Source: Thermoplasmata archaeon
GTDB lineage: Archaea; Thermoplasmatota; Thermoplasmata; RBG-16-68-12; JAFNFQ01
Reading direction: 5' to 3'
DNA length: 64,000 nucleotides
NCBI GenBank assembly: GCA_041489255.1
Contig: JBGPQV010000004.1
Span: forward strand, 94,984 to 158,983
Part shown: in pieces, positions 29,001 to 39,000 of the stretch
Layout of the letters: the number at the start of each line of letters is the position of its first letter
Numbering within the stretch: position 1 is the first letter of the stretch
Position numbers and translations under genes: made by a program
Notes under the pieces: generated by a model
Databases searched by the model: none
Told to the model about the DNA's origin: nothing
What the model saw: the letters and a program-made list of their open reading frames with translations, nothing else

Positions 29001-30398
29001 GTCGGGATGTCATCACAAGTCTCGCTCTCCAGCCAGGTACTCAACCAGGGCAACGGCACCGCCACGGACAACGCGATAGTCGCTTTCTACGAGCAGTCTT
29101 CCCCGCCATTCTCCACCTTCGTCCTGAGTCCTCTCGCTCCCGCCACTGTGTCATCTCGATTCACCGCTATATGGACATCTCCCGCCATCCCGGGCACGTA
29201 CTCGGTCTCGGTTGACGTCGATTACGACAACAATGTGAGCGAGTGGGACGAGACCAACAACGTTTACACTTGGATGATAGAGGTGGTTTCGGGTCCCCTC
29301 ACCTCCCTCGTCATCGGTTCTCCCAACTACACCTCCCCCGCCATGATCACATACGTCAAGTCGTCAACTCCCCTCTCCCTCTTCGTCCTCGACCAGAGCG
29401 GTCTCGGGATAAGGAACACCACGTACAGGATAGATGGCGGGAGTCCTGTCAACTACACCGCCACTGGCCCGTTCTTCCTGGCGGGGGAAGGAGTGCACAC
29501 AGTGGAGTGGCGGTCCCTCGACTGGGCGGGGAACCTGGAAGATGTGAACTCGATCGAACTGACAGTGGACGACACTCCTCCCGCCACCGCCATCGCGATC
29601 GGTGAACCCAAGTACCTGACTGGCGGCAGTTACGTCAAGTCCACCACTCCCCTCGCCCTCTCGGCGACCGACGGCGGCGTCGGGTCCAACTCTACCTTCT
29701 ACCGCCTCTGGGACGGGACATGGTCTCAATGGCGGGACTACTCCGCATCGTTCACTCTGGCGGGAAGGGACGGCACATGGTACGTCGAGTACCTCTCCTA
29801 CGACTACCTCGGGAACATGGAAGTCGTCCGGAATGAGACCCTCATCCTCGACAACACACCGCCAGTCACGACGATATCCCCCGTCGCCCCATTCACTCTC
29901 ACTGCAGTGGACTCCGGCTGCGGCGTGAATGTCACGATGTACAGGATCGATGGCGGGAGCTGGACGGTCTACACAGACGGCTTCACCCTAACCGAGGGGG
30001 AGCACACCATATACTACTACTCAATCGACAACCTGGGCAATGTCGAGCAAGAGAAGTCGCTGACCATCAAGCCGACGATCGAAGTGGCGGTGAATTACAA
30101 GCCTATCATCGCACTCATCTTCGCAATCATCCTGCTCGTGACGGGAGTCTGGTCTTCGAAGAGGAGGCCGTGGAAGGGCGGGAAGGGCAGGATGGCGCTG
30201 GCGAAGGCGTTCATGTTCACATCGATGCCCTTCGTGCTTGCTGAGGCAGCGACTGGCGTGGTGTCTCTCCTCACCGGACTGCTGTCGATACCGCCAGTAA
30301 TCGAGTTGGGGATGCTGGTTGACGCGGCGATCCTCGTGGCGGGTGTCGGAGTTGCGATCATGCGGCTCATAGAGTCGAAACCTGGATCCTCTCGATGA
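26034..30398 (+). CDS. Large cell-surface protein: SBBP beta-propeller repeats, three CARDB/Ig-like domains, Ig-like repeats, C-terminal TM anchor
   Basis: FIENRGQ, repeated YSTFLGG..D.....IAVDSSGNAY..G.T.S.DFP, PDL..ADP..I.E.DE.NN, DxTPP repeats, hydrophobic C-terminus. Confidence 0.9.
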   Translation: MSRFRKCLLISAILQLSLLAVMPSVPLPSPIEHERDPGVPTERQDGHDVSDALQSLGGYFIENRGQVLDGIRYYSTGNPSVAFGDDAVIFVVRAVDSGDHRDILPEQIDRSSGTYKTTTVETVAYMLRFEGANKVMPIGIDRLPFSSNFFIGNNPHKWKTIVPNYGEVVYRNLYNGIDLVYRQNAKGIKYEFIVGPGANLRAMRMNYEGIDSLRLEDGEMVIQSAAGDVRDILPYAFEGKGERIECRFILYGPVSYGFDCDGRDVSKQLVIDPLVYSTFLGGGGEDRGWSIAVDSSGNAYATGLTLSVDFPAKPGSFDTSYNGSGRDAFVAKLDPAGSNLMYCTYLGGSLDEDFSAIAIDSLGSAYLTGSTQSSDFPTTAGAFDTVFNGGYDSYVTKLNGTGSGLVYSTFLGGRDFDAGRAIALDSAGNAYVAGDTNSTDFPVTAGAFSPTLRGSDNAFITELDSLGRTLVYSTYLGSTSRDYALSIALDSGGDAYVVGQTDSPDFPTTSAAFDTSYNGGPPASPYDVFVTKLNATGTGLVYSTFLGGDGTDFGYSVKVDSMGNAYVTGGTSSINFPITSGSYSTSLSGTRDAFVSELNAAGSSLVYSTYLGGGGYDLATSLALNSVNEAYVTGVTFSANFPVTPDAADGFYNGFEDVFVAGLNFTGSKLVYSTFLGGLDNENTGSIAMDTADCAYIMGETYSVDFPTTPGALSTTYRGNGDTFVTKIRTPTLVDLPDLTISPSDISFAPPGPAVVGSSVLIDVTVHNIGSANASQVAARFYDGTPPSSPIIGTDQTIPFLQRLGGAGTASVTWLAGNLGVHEICIVADPESSIAELDESNNQACAPIEVVAPPMPDLTLASSDILLSPSPPYAESVLVKVNATVHNIGTNVSSTTVARFYDGMPPSLQIGTDQPLPPIPVSGSANVSVTWTASPLGSHDICVFADPDNLVTEIDETNNVACIDVLVQPGPILRPDYVPISPLPLPPIRVGMSSQVSLSSQVLNQGNGTATDNAIVAFYEQSSPPFSTFVLSPLAPATVSSRFTAIWTSPAIPGTYSVSVDVDYDNNVSEWDETNNVYTWMIEVVSGPLTSLVIGSPNYTSPAMITYVKSSTPLSLFVLDQSGLGIRNTTYRIDGGSPVNYTATGPFFLAGEGVHTVEWRSLDWAGNLEDVNSIELTVDDTPPATAIAIGEPKYLTGGSYVKSTTPLALSATDGGVGSNSTFYRLWDGTWSQWRDYSASFTLAGRDGTWYVEYLSYDYLGNMEVVRNETLILDNTPPVTTISPVAPFTLTAVDSGCGVNVTMYRIDGGSWTVYTDGFTLTEGEHTIYYYSIDNLGNVEQEKSLTIKPTIEVAVNYKPIIALIFAIILLVTGVWSSKRRPWKGGKGRMALAKAFMFTSMPFVLAEAATGVVSLLTGLLSIPPVIELGMLVDAAILVAGVGVAIMRLIESKPGSSR

Positions 30399-30566
30399 AG
30401 ATGGGGTCGGATTCCTCGCGGGTCCCATGCCAATTCGGCTCCAATTCCGCTTCAATTCCAATATGGACAGTCGCGCAAGAGCGAACAGCAAGGCATCATT
30501 CCCCGCGAAGCCGCTCGTCGAACTGTTCGCCACAGAAACGTTATTAGCGGTTCAGGCGTTCGGCCG

Positions 30567-32135
30567 ATGGAAAGTGGTGTCTTCATGTCCTCTGACAAGA
30601 GGGTCTCCGAACTGAGGAGGAAGAAGGAAGAGGCGAAGCTCGGCGGCGGTGCTGACAGGATCGTGGCGCAGCACCAGAAGGGCAAGCTCACCGCAAGGGA
30701 GCGAATCGACCTGCTGCTCGACCAGGGGAGCTTCGTCGAGACCGATATGTTCGTGGAACACCGGACGACGGATTTTGGGATGGAAAGGAAGAAGTTCCCT
30801 GGCGATGGGGTTGTGACCGGCTACGGTCGCGTCAACGGACGCCTGGTCTATGTCTTCTCGCAGGACTTCACGGTCTTTGGCGGGAGCCTGGGGGAGATGT
30901 TCGCCTCGAAGATCATCAAGATCATGGACATGGCGATGAAGACGGGAGCTCCGTTCATAGGGTTGAACGATTCTGGAGGGGCGAGGATACAGGAAGGAGT
31001 CGCGAGCCTTGGCGGGTACGCCGAGATATTCTACAGGAATGTCACGTCGTCGGGGGTCATCCCGCAAATAAGCGCGATACTAGGGCCCTGCGCGGGCGGT
31101 GCGGTCTACTCTCCCGCCATGACCGACTTCATCATCATGACGAAGAACACCAGTCACATGTTCATCACGGGCCCGGAGGTCATCAAGACCGTGACGGGGG
31201 AGGAGGTCACCTTCGAGGAACTGGGCGGTGCGATGACGCACAATGTAAAGAGCGGAGTTGCGCACTTCGCAGCCGAGGACGAGAGAGACTGCATCGCGAC
31301 CATCAGGAGACTCCTCTCCTTCATGCCGCAGAACAACCTCGAGGAACCGCCACGGTCTCAGCCGACTGACATGCCTAACCGCATGGATCAGGAGCTCGGC
31401 AGCATCGTCCCAGAGGATCCGCAGAGACCCTACGACATGAGGGACATCATCCGCCATGTCGTCGATAATGAGGACTTCTTCGAGGTCCACCAGCACTGGG
31501 CCAGGAACATCGTCGTCGGTTTCGCGCGGCTGGACGGGTACCCAATAGGCGTGGTCGGCAACCAGCCCGCGGTGTTGGCGGGATGCCTCGACATCAATGC
31601 CTCGACGAAGGGCGGGAGGTTCGTGCGGTTCTGCGACGCGTTCAACATCCCCCTGCTGACGTTCGTCGATGTGCCCGGCTTTCTGCCAGGGGCGGACCAA
31701 GAATACGGCGGGATCATACGAAATGGGGCGAAGCTGCTCTACGCGTTCTGCGAGGCGACAGTCCCCAAGATCACGGTCATCACGCGCAAAGCGTATGGCG
31801 GTGCCTACGACGTCATGTGCTCCAAGCACATCCGCGGCGACTTCAACTTCGCGTGGCCTTCCTCGGAATTGGCGGTGATGGGGCCTGACGGCGCGGTCAA
31901 CATCATCTTCAGAAAGGACATCGAAGAGGCGGCGGACGCCAAGGCGAAGAGGGACGAACTCGTCGCGGATTACCGCGCAAAGTTCGCCAACCCGTACATC
32001 GCCGCCCAGCGCGGTTACATAGATGACGTGATCGAACCTCAGGAGACAAGGCCGCGGGTCATAAGCGCCCTCGAGGTGCTGCAGACGAAGCGCGAATCCA
32101 TGCCGCCGAAGAAGCACGGCAACATACCGCTCTGA
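30567..32135 (+). CDS. Acyl-CoA carboxyltransferase (PccB/MmdA/transcarboxylase 12S-like)
   Basis: [43 protein letters not shown]. Confidence 0.95.
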   Translation: MESGVFMSSDKRVSELRRKKEEAKLGGGADRIVAQHQKGKLTARERIDLLLDQGSFVETDMFVEHRTTDFGMERKKFPGDGVVTGYGRVNGRLVYVFSQDFTVFGGSLGEMFASKIIKIMDMAMKTGAPFIGLNDSGGARIQEGVASLGGYAEIFYRNVTSSGVIPQISAILGPCAGGAVYSPAMTDFIIMTKNTSHMFITGPEVIKTVTGEEVTFEELGGAMTHNVKSGVAHFAAEDERDCIATIRRLLSFMPQNNLEEPPRSQPTDMPNRMDQELGSIVPEDPQRPYDMRDIIRHVVDNEDFFEVHQHWARNIVVGFARLDGYPIGVVGNQPAVLAGCLDINASTKGGRFVRFCDAFNIPLLTFVDVPGFLPGADQEYGGIIRNGAKLLYAFCEATVPKITVITRKAYGGAYDVMCSKHIRGDFNFAWPSSELAVMGPDGAVNIIFRKDIEEAADAKAKRDELVADYRAKFANPYIAAQRGYIDDVIEPQETRPRVISALEVLQTKRESMPPKKHGNIPL

Positions 32136-32149
32136 GTGATGGGTCAACT

Positions 32150-33658
32150 ATGGCAAAGAAGATAGGAATCACGGACACGGTCCTTCGAGACGCGCACCAG
32201 TCGCTGCTCGCGACGCGGATGAAGACCGAGGACATGCTGCCCATCGCAGAGAAGCTCGACAAGGTGGGCTACTGGTCGGTCGAGATGTGGGGCGGGGCCA
32301 CGTTCGACTCGTGCCTGAGGTACCTGAAGGAGGATCCTTGGGAGCGCCTCAGGAAGCTGAAACAGTCGATGCCGCACACCAGGATGCAGATGCTCCTGAG
32401 AGGGCAGAACGTCGTCGGCTACCGCCATTACCCGGACGACGTGGTCGAGGCGTTCGTCGATCATGCGCACAGCAACGGCATCGACGTATTCCGCATCTTC
32501 GACGCTCTCAACGACATCAGGAACATGGAGACCGCGATCAAGGCGGCGAAGAATACAGGAGCGCATGTCGAGGGCTCATTCTGCTTCACCACTAGCCCGG
32601 TCCACACCATTCAGATGTTCGTGAAGCTCGCGAAGGACTTGGAGGCACTCGACTGCGACTCGATCTGCATCAAGGACATGGCGGGGATCCTTCCACCAGA
32701 TGTCGCGTACCACATGGTAAGGGAGCTGAAGGAGAACATTTCGATCCCAATCCATCTTCACACGCACTGCACGAGCGGCATGGCGGTGGCGACCACCCTG
32801 AAGGCTGTCGAGGCGGGAGTCGACCTCGTCGACACCGCCATCTCCTCACTCTCCATGGGCACCTCACACCCGCCAACGGAGACGATCGTCGCGATGCTCA
32901 AGCAGCCCGGCGAGTCCGCCATGCTCGACCTCGCCCTCCTCACCCAGATCGCCGACTACTTCCGCGATGTCAGGCGCAAGTACAGGGAGTTCGAGATGGA
33001 CTATTTCGTCGTCGACACGAACTCGCTCGCGTTCCAGATCCCCGGCGGCATGCTGTCGAACCTCTCGAAGCAACTGAAGGATCAGAACGCGTTGAACAAG
33101 ATGCCGGATGTTCTTGCGGAAGTCCCGAGGGTGAGGGCGGAACTGGGCTACCCGCCACTCGTGACGCCTACCAGCCAGATAGTCGGGACGCAGGCGGCGC
33201 TGAATGTGCTCCTGGGCGAGAGGTACAAGATGATCCCGATGGAGACGAAGAACCTCGTCAGGGGCCTATACGGGAAGTCCGCGGCGCCCATCGACCCTGA
33301 AGTGAAGAGGAAGGCAATCGGGGACGAGGAGCCGATAGAATCCCGCCCGGCCGACCTGCTCCAGCCTGAGCTGGAGAAGGCGAAAGCGGACTCGGCCCTG
33401 ATGGCGAGGGCCATGGAGGATGTCATCAGCTGGGCGCTGTTCCCGCAGGTGGCGAAGGAGTTCTTCGAGGAGAGAGAGGGCCTCGGGGCGATACCTGAGG
33501 AGAGCATAGCGGCCCTTGCTGTCGCGCTCTTCCATACCGCAAGTCCGCAGGCCGGAGCTCAACCGGCATTGCAGCAAGTGACGGGAAGGGCGAGCCCCTG
33601 GAAGCTTGTCGCCCGCCAAGAAGGCATACGCCACGGCCGCACGGGAGGGAGGCTATAG
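32150..33658 (+). CDS. Pyruvate/oxaloacetate carboxyltransferase (PycB/OadA/transcarboxylase 5S-like)
   Basis: LRDAHQSL, WGGATFD, IKDMAG, HLHTH, PGGMLSN, LVTPTSQIVG; no fused biotinyl domain. Confidence 0.93.
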   Translation: MAKKIGITDTVLRDAHQSLLATRMKTEDMLPIAEKLDKVGYWSVEMWGGATFDSCLRYLKEDPWERLRKLKQSMPHTRMQMLLRGQNVVGYRHYPDDVVEAFVDHAHSNGIDVFRIFDALNDIRNMETAIKAAKNTGAHVEGSFCFTTSPVHTIQMFVKLAKDLEALDCDSICIKDMAGILPPDVAYHMVRELKENISIPIHLHTHCTSGMAVATTLKAVEAGVDLVDTAISSLSMGTSHPPTETIVAMLKQPGESAMLDLALLTQIADYFRDVRRKYREFEMDYFVVDTNSLAFQIPGGMLSNLSKQLKDQNALNKMPDVLAEVPRVRAELGYPPLVTPTSQIVGTQAALNVLLGERYKMIPMETKNLVRGLYGKSAAPIDPEVKRKAIGDEEPIESRPADLLQPELEKAKADSALMARAMEDVISWALFPQVAKEFFEEREGLGAIPEESIAALAVALFHTASPQAGAQPALQQVTGRASPWKLVARQEGIRHGRTGGRL

Positions 33659-34173
33659 TGAGGCTTCAGTTCACGGTCGGGAAGAAGCTCTATCAGGTGC
33701 AGATGGAGCGGGCGGGCGAGGGGTATCAGGTGACGGTCAATGGAAAACCGTTCGATGTGAAGATAGTGCCAGAGGGATTCTCGATTGGCGGGAAAGTCCA
33801 CAGCGTCAAGGTCAGCGCCAACCAGGGAGACGCTGTCAGAGCAGATGTGGATGGGAAGATTATCGAAGCGCTAATCCTTGACATAGCGAAGGCGCCGACG
33901 AAGAAGACGGAGGAAATGGCGACGAAGAAGACCTCGGAGCCGATCGCGAGGATGGGGCACGGCAAGACTCTAATGGCACCGATGCCCGGGAAGATAGTCA
34001 AGGTCATGGTCTCGGTTGGTCAGAGATTGAAGGTCGGAGAAGTGGTGCTCATCCTCGAGGCCATGAAGATGGAGAACGAGATCAGGTCTCCCTTTGAGGG
34101 TACGGTCAAGGAGGTCAAAGTCGGCGTTGGGGCGGGAGTGGCGGCGGAGGAGCCGCTTATCATCATGGAATGA
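33658..34173 (+). CDS. Biotin carboxyl carrier protein
   Basis: APMPGKI...EAMKMENEI. Confidence 0.95.
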   Translation: MRLQFTVGKKLYQVQMERAGEGYQVTVNGKPFDVKIVPEGFSIGGKVHSVKVSANQGDAVRADVDGKIIEALILDIAKAPTKKTEEMATKKTSEPIARMGHGKTLMAPMPGKIVKVMVSVGQRLKVGEVVLILEAMKMENEIRSPFEGTVKEVKVGVGAGVAAEEPLIIME

Positions 34174-34213
34174 GTACGATTCTGCCTGAAATCTCAATCG
34201 CTGCGAGAAAACG

Positions 34214-35356
34214 TCACGCGCCCCTCAGAATCTTGGCAGCATCTGTCATCGACCTGAGCTTCTGGAAAGCTGTGCGGCGCTCGAACTTCCTGAACATCCC
34301 CGGCGCGAAACCGCAATCCGGGTTCAGCCAAATCCTCTCCGGATCGAGATGCTTCCCCGCCTTCCTTGCCCTTTCCGCGATCCTCTTCGGACTTTCGACC
34401 TCGGGATCGGTGACGTCCACCACTCCAAGCCCGATCTCTTTGTCGCCCGGCAATTGCTCGATGAACTTGGCGGGATCGCCGCTCCCTGGGCTGGCGTATT
34501 CCAGCACGTACTGCTTCACCTTGATGTCCATGACGTCGGGAAGCAGTCTCTCGTAGCCCTTTCCCCAGTTCGGGGAACCCTTCACCGGCCAGCGGTCCAT
34601 GTGCATGCCGATTCGCACGCCAGAGATCCCCTTCACGGCCTCGTTCATGAGGTCTCTCCCCAGGCTCAATTCGTCCTTGAAGCCCCTGTACTTCTGCCCG
34701 TGAATCAGGCCTATGAACTTCCTGTATCGATCCGGCTCTCTGCCCGCTTCGACCAGGTCGCCCAGCATCGGCTCGTCAAGCTGGACGAAAGCCGCGCCGG
34801 CGTCCCTGAGCCTGACGATCTCCTTCCGCACAATCTTGACGTAATCTGCCGCGAGGTCTTCCGGCCGGCTGTAGAACGGCTTCGAGAACTTCGCATCCCA
34901 CGCCTCCCACATCACGAGGTAGGGGCTCGGCAGCGTCACCTTGACCGGCTTCTCAGTGACGCTCTTGGCGAACTCGAGCTCGCGCACGGCCATCGGGGCA
35001 TCCTTGATAGTCCCCGCCGCCACCGCCCTCCAGTAGGTTATCGGCGCCTTTTGCTCCTTCATTATCCGAACGGCATCTGGATTGATCTCATTGATGTGGA
35101 CGAGCGAGAAGCCCGGAATCGTCTGCCCGATGAATGACACGAAGCTCACGCGTCTCTGCTCTCCATCCGTGATTACATCGATCCCTGCCAGCTCTTGTTC
35201 TCTTATTGTGAGCGTGACCGCGTCATCCAGGAGCTCGTCATATTGCTCGGCCTTCATCTCGCCGGACTTTACCTTCCCGAAGGCATCCTTGAGCCACCTG
35301 GGTCTCGGAAAGCTACCGACTACTGATGTGGTGTACACGAACCCTTGAATGTCCAC
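34214..35356 (-). CDS. Cobalamin-independent methionine synthase catalytic-domain family protein
   Basis: VVGSFPRP, ITDGEQRR, QLDEP, NPDCGF. Confidence 0.88.
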   Translation of the reverse strand: MDIQGFVYTTSVVGSFPRPRWLKDAFGKVKSGEMKAEQYDELLDDAVTLTIREQELAGIDVITDGEQRRVSFVSFIGQTIPGFSLVHINEINPDAVRIMKEQKAPITYWRAVAAGTIKDAPMAVRELEFAKSVTEKPVKVTLPSPYLVMWEAWDAKFSKPFYSRPEDLAADYVKIVRKEIVRLRDAGAAFVQLDEPMLGDLVEAGREPDRYRKFIGLIHGQKYRGFKDELSLGRDLMNEAVKGISGVRIGMHMDRWPVKGSPNWGKGYERLLPDVMDIKVKQYVLEYASPGSGDPAKFIEQLPGDKEIGLGVVDVTDPEVESPKRIAERARKAGKHLDPERIWLNPDCGFAPGMFRKFERRTAFQKLRSMTDAAKILRGA

Positions 35357-35479
35357 ACCCTACTTATTCCTTGACGATTGATCCCCTTGGGAAGGACGGA
35401 ATCGATGAACCGCGTGCCCTACGCGTGTCTTGCGATACTGCGGCATCGATTGAGGGTTATCGAAGCCGAGGCTTCGCGC

Positions 35480-35926
35480 CTACAGCCACAAGATACCCTG
35501 CAGGCACCCGTGCTGGTTGAACCACCCTGACAAGACCTCTATGAGCTGCGAGAACTTCTTGCCGTCACCATGTGCATCCGAGGCGGCTGGCGCCTTGGCA
35601 GCGTCTTTCTTATGCAGCCTCACGACAGAGATACCTTCGAGGCGCAAGACCTCGAAATCGACCGAGAAGGACACTGCGGGAGCCTTGGAAGGATCCTCCG
35701 TGTGTGGGGCTTGTTTCTCCGCCTTCCCTCCATACGGAGAACTCAGAGTCATGCGGAATCCACTTGATAGGAATGCCCGACGGAGAATGGTCTGGACGGT
35801 CTCTACCGGCGCCCGCACCATTATGTCCACGTAGCCGCCTAAGTCCTCCACCTCGCAAGCATAGCTTCCGCGCTGCGACAGCTTAATAGTTGCGGCCTTT
35901 GAGCCATTCCGCCGAGAACAAGCCAA
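35480..35926 (-). CDS. Hypothetical protein (true start probably downstream, near 35830)
   Basis: ORF fills the gap between the MetE-like gene and the protease; no recognised motif. Confidence 0.4.
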   Translation of the reverse strand: MACSRRNGSKAATIKLSQRGSYACEVEDLGGYVDIMVRAPVETVQTILRRAFLSSGFRMTLSSPYGGKAEKQAPHTEDPSKAPAVSFSVDFEVLRLEGISVVRLHKKDAAKAPAASDAHGDGKKFSQLIEVLSGWFNQHGCLQGILWL

Positions 35927-36078
35927 GAAATGTGCTGGGAATGAGGAGAGGTCGGCGTTGGTTCGTCACTTCGATATCGATACCAAAAACATTTAAAGAA
36001 GCGCCGGTCATAGCTAGGCCAGCACTGCTTTGCCACCAGTCACGCAAGACCCCACAGTGGGCAGTGGGCGGTAACGTC

Positions 36079-39000
36079 ATGAATTCCAAATCGGCGGTTC
36101 TGCTAAGCTTTCTCATGGTATCATCAGCGCTCTTTGTCCTCGTGACGCCCGCCCGTGCGGACGAGAAGGTTGGCGATGTCGCGTCAGCGCCGACCGAGGA
36201 CACATCGTCCGTTGACGGCGGTGCATTTTTCGTCTCCCCGATAACCGCACTCCGTTACGAGATGGTGAACGACCCGTCTTCTGGCGGGACGACATATCGA
36301 CTCGGGACGGATGTCTACGGCAGCGTCGAATCCATCCTCGACCGCGAGGCCGCACTGTTCCCCGATGGGCAATACAAGATCGAGCCCGCCCTCAGAGGCG
36401 CGGATGCAAGCGGGGAAAGCGACGGGAGACTCCCGGTCATCATTTTCCTCGCCCCTCAGTTCGGGCAGGAGGTCTCCACGCGAATCAGGGAATCCCGCAT
36501 GGCTGGCCTCGAGTCGCTCTGGGGACAGAGAATGGAGCTGCTGGACCACATCATGTCGACGAACGTGCTCGGCCCTCTGCCCGCCGAAGCTGCATCGATA
36601 GACCCGCGGCTGGACGCCCAGTTCCGGCAGATTGACTCAGTGTACTCATCGGCCCTGGTCGACGTGCGCGGGCAGATATACGGAGAGACCGAGAAACTGA
36701 ACTTGCCCACGCAGGATCCTGTCGTCGCTAAGATAATCAACCTAGGCGGGCGCGTGATGTACCGCGGCCCGTTCGTCAATCTCATCACCGCAAGGATCTC
36801 GCCGGAAGGCCTGAGGGAGATCGTGAAGGACCCGCTGGTCGGTTCGGTCTATCGAGACGGCATCATGACCGCTCAGCTCGACGTTAGCGTGCCTTCGATC
36901 CACGCGTCGGACTGGTGGACCGGCGGATACAACACGAACACCTACAAGTTCGTCGTCTCGGACACCGGCGTCAACAAAACTCACCCAGCACTTGTCGGCG
37001 TGATAACGGATGAGGCTGTATTTCATGATGAGGGCCAGCTCTCGCCTGTCTATGCTGACAATGCCTCGAACCCTGATGACCTGCATGGCCACGGGACTCA
37101 CGTGGCGGGAATCGTGGGGAGCCAGGACACGACGTACCGAGGTGTGGCATACGGCCTGAAGGGCATCGTCAACGCGAAGTTCGGATGGCTGACGAGCGCC
37201 GGCGACGGGGCCGGCACTTGGAGCGATGCGATTAAGGCCCTCGACTGGGCATTCAGCACGGCGGGCGCCTCGATAGGGTCTCTGAGCTATGGTGACTCCA
37301 CCCCTGGCAACGGGAATGGCGGCTTCTCGAAGTTCCTTGACGCGATAGTCGATGACCTCGGCGTCCCCTACGCAGTCGCGGCGGGGAACGACGGCCCTGG
37401 CGGCGGCACGCTGGGACAGCCTGGTGATGCGTTCAACGTCTTGACGGTCGGCGCAATGGACGATCAGGGCTCGACAAGCAGGACAGGAGACACCATTGCC
37501 GACTTCAGCAGTCGCGGTCCCACCACCGACGGCAGGATCAAGCCGGACATCGTGGCACCAGGCGAGGACACATCGAATCCCAATTGGGGCATCTACTCGT
37601 GCAACGCCAAATGGAAGACCCAGTCGGACTGGATCGATTTCCCTGGCACCAGCATGGCGTCACCGCACATCGGCGCCTCACTCGTCCTGCTCATGAACTA
37701 CTTGGGCCCGAGAGGATTCGCGCTGCCCGCCATACCGAAGGCGTTGCTCCTCGAGAACGCGGAGGACAAGGGCGCAATCGGCCCCGATAATAACTATGGT
37801 TGGGGATATGTCGACCTTGCACCGGCGTTCACCAACAGGGATAAGGTCTATAACGAGACCACGAAGCTTGGTCAGCCGAGGTTCTATCTGGGGACGTGGA
37901 CGGCAAACGACAAGGCGACCCTCGTCTGGCAAAGGCATGTGACCTACAAGGGCGCGGCATACCCGACGCAGTTCTACGCGCTGAACAACCTGGACCTCTT
38001 CCTCTACAACGCCCCTGCGAACACGTTTGCGGTTTCCAGCACGTCCCCGATCGACAACGTCGAACAGACGCGCTACGGAACCGCGCTCGCTTCTGCTGTG
38101 CTGAAGGTGAAAGCGATGGCTGCGCTCGTCGGAGTGACCAACGAGCCTTTCGCCCTCGCGACGCAGAGAACGTTCACGTACGCGAAGCCTCCAACATATC
38201 AGATAATATGGACAGGACCGTCGTCGATTGAGGCGGGGAATACGTTCGCGCTGACCGCCAATGTCACCAATGTGGGCGACCTGACCGGCTTCGGCGCGGT
38301 CGGGACCCTCAACGTACCTGCGGGTCTGACGCTGCTCACAGGGAATAATCCCGTAGCCCTGGGCGACATCGCCGCCGGGGCGTACAAAACATCCTCGTGG
38401 ACGTTCACAGGCTCAAGTGTCGGCAACCAGACGCTCTGGTTCAACATCACGTCGAATGCCTATGGGGAAACCTTCAACGGAACCGGCAAGCACATGGTCC
38501 GTGTCATGGACAGCTTCCCGCCGATGATCAATAGCGTCTCCGCGCTCCCCAGTCCACAGAACGCAGGGCTCAAGGTGAATATCACCGCCGACATCACCGA
38601 CAACTTGGGCGTCTTTGCCTCGAAAGCCTACGTCGTCGGGCCCCGGGGTTTCGTGGGCAACTTCTCCATGACGAAGAACCCGGCGAATAACGTCTGGTAC
38701 GCGGATCGTCCGTACCTCGTGGCGGGAATCCATGACGTCACCGTATGGGCGAGCGACATGGACCGTTGGACATCGGCCCAGACGCAGTTCACGATCATCG
38801 ACTCCACGCCGCCGATAATCATGGGCCAGAACGCCCAGCCCAACCCGCAACAGATCCATGGCAACGTGAACATCACTGCGCAGATCTCCGACCAAGCGAG
38901 CATATATGAGGCATGGGTGGAAATCACAGATCCTCTTGGCGGCAAGACGAACAACTCCCTCTCATCTATCATCAATAGCTTCTGGTACGAGCGCCAATAT

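Noticed and set aside
23880-30500. Intact prophage, integrative element or IS
   Set aside because: No integrase, transposase, terminal repeats or recognisable virion genes; only fragments
31080-32147. 355-aa minus-strand ORF
   Set aside because: Antisense shadow of the carboxyltransferase gene
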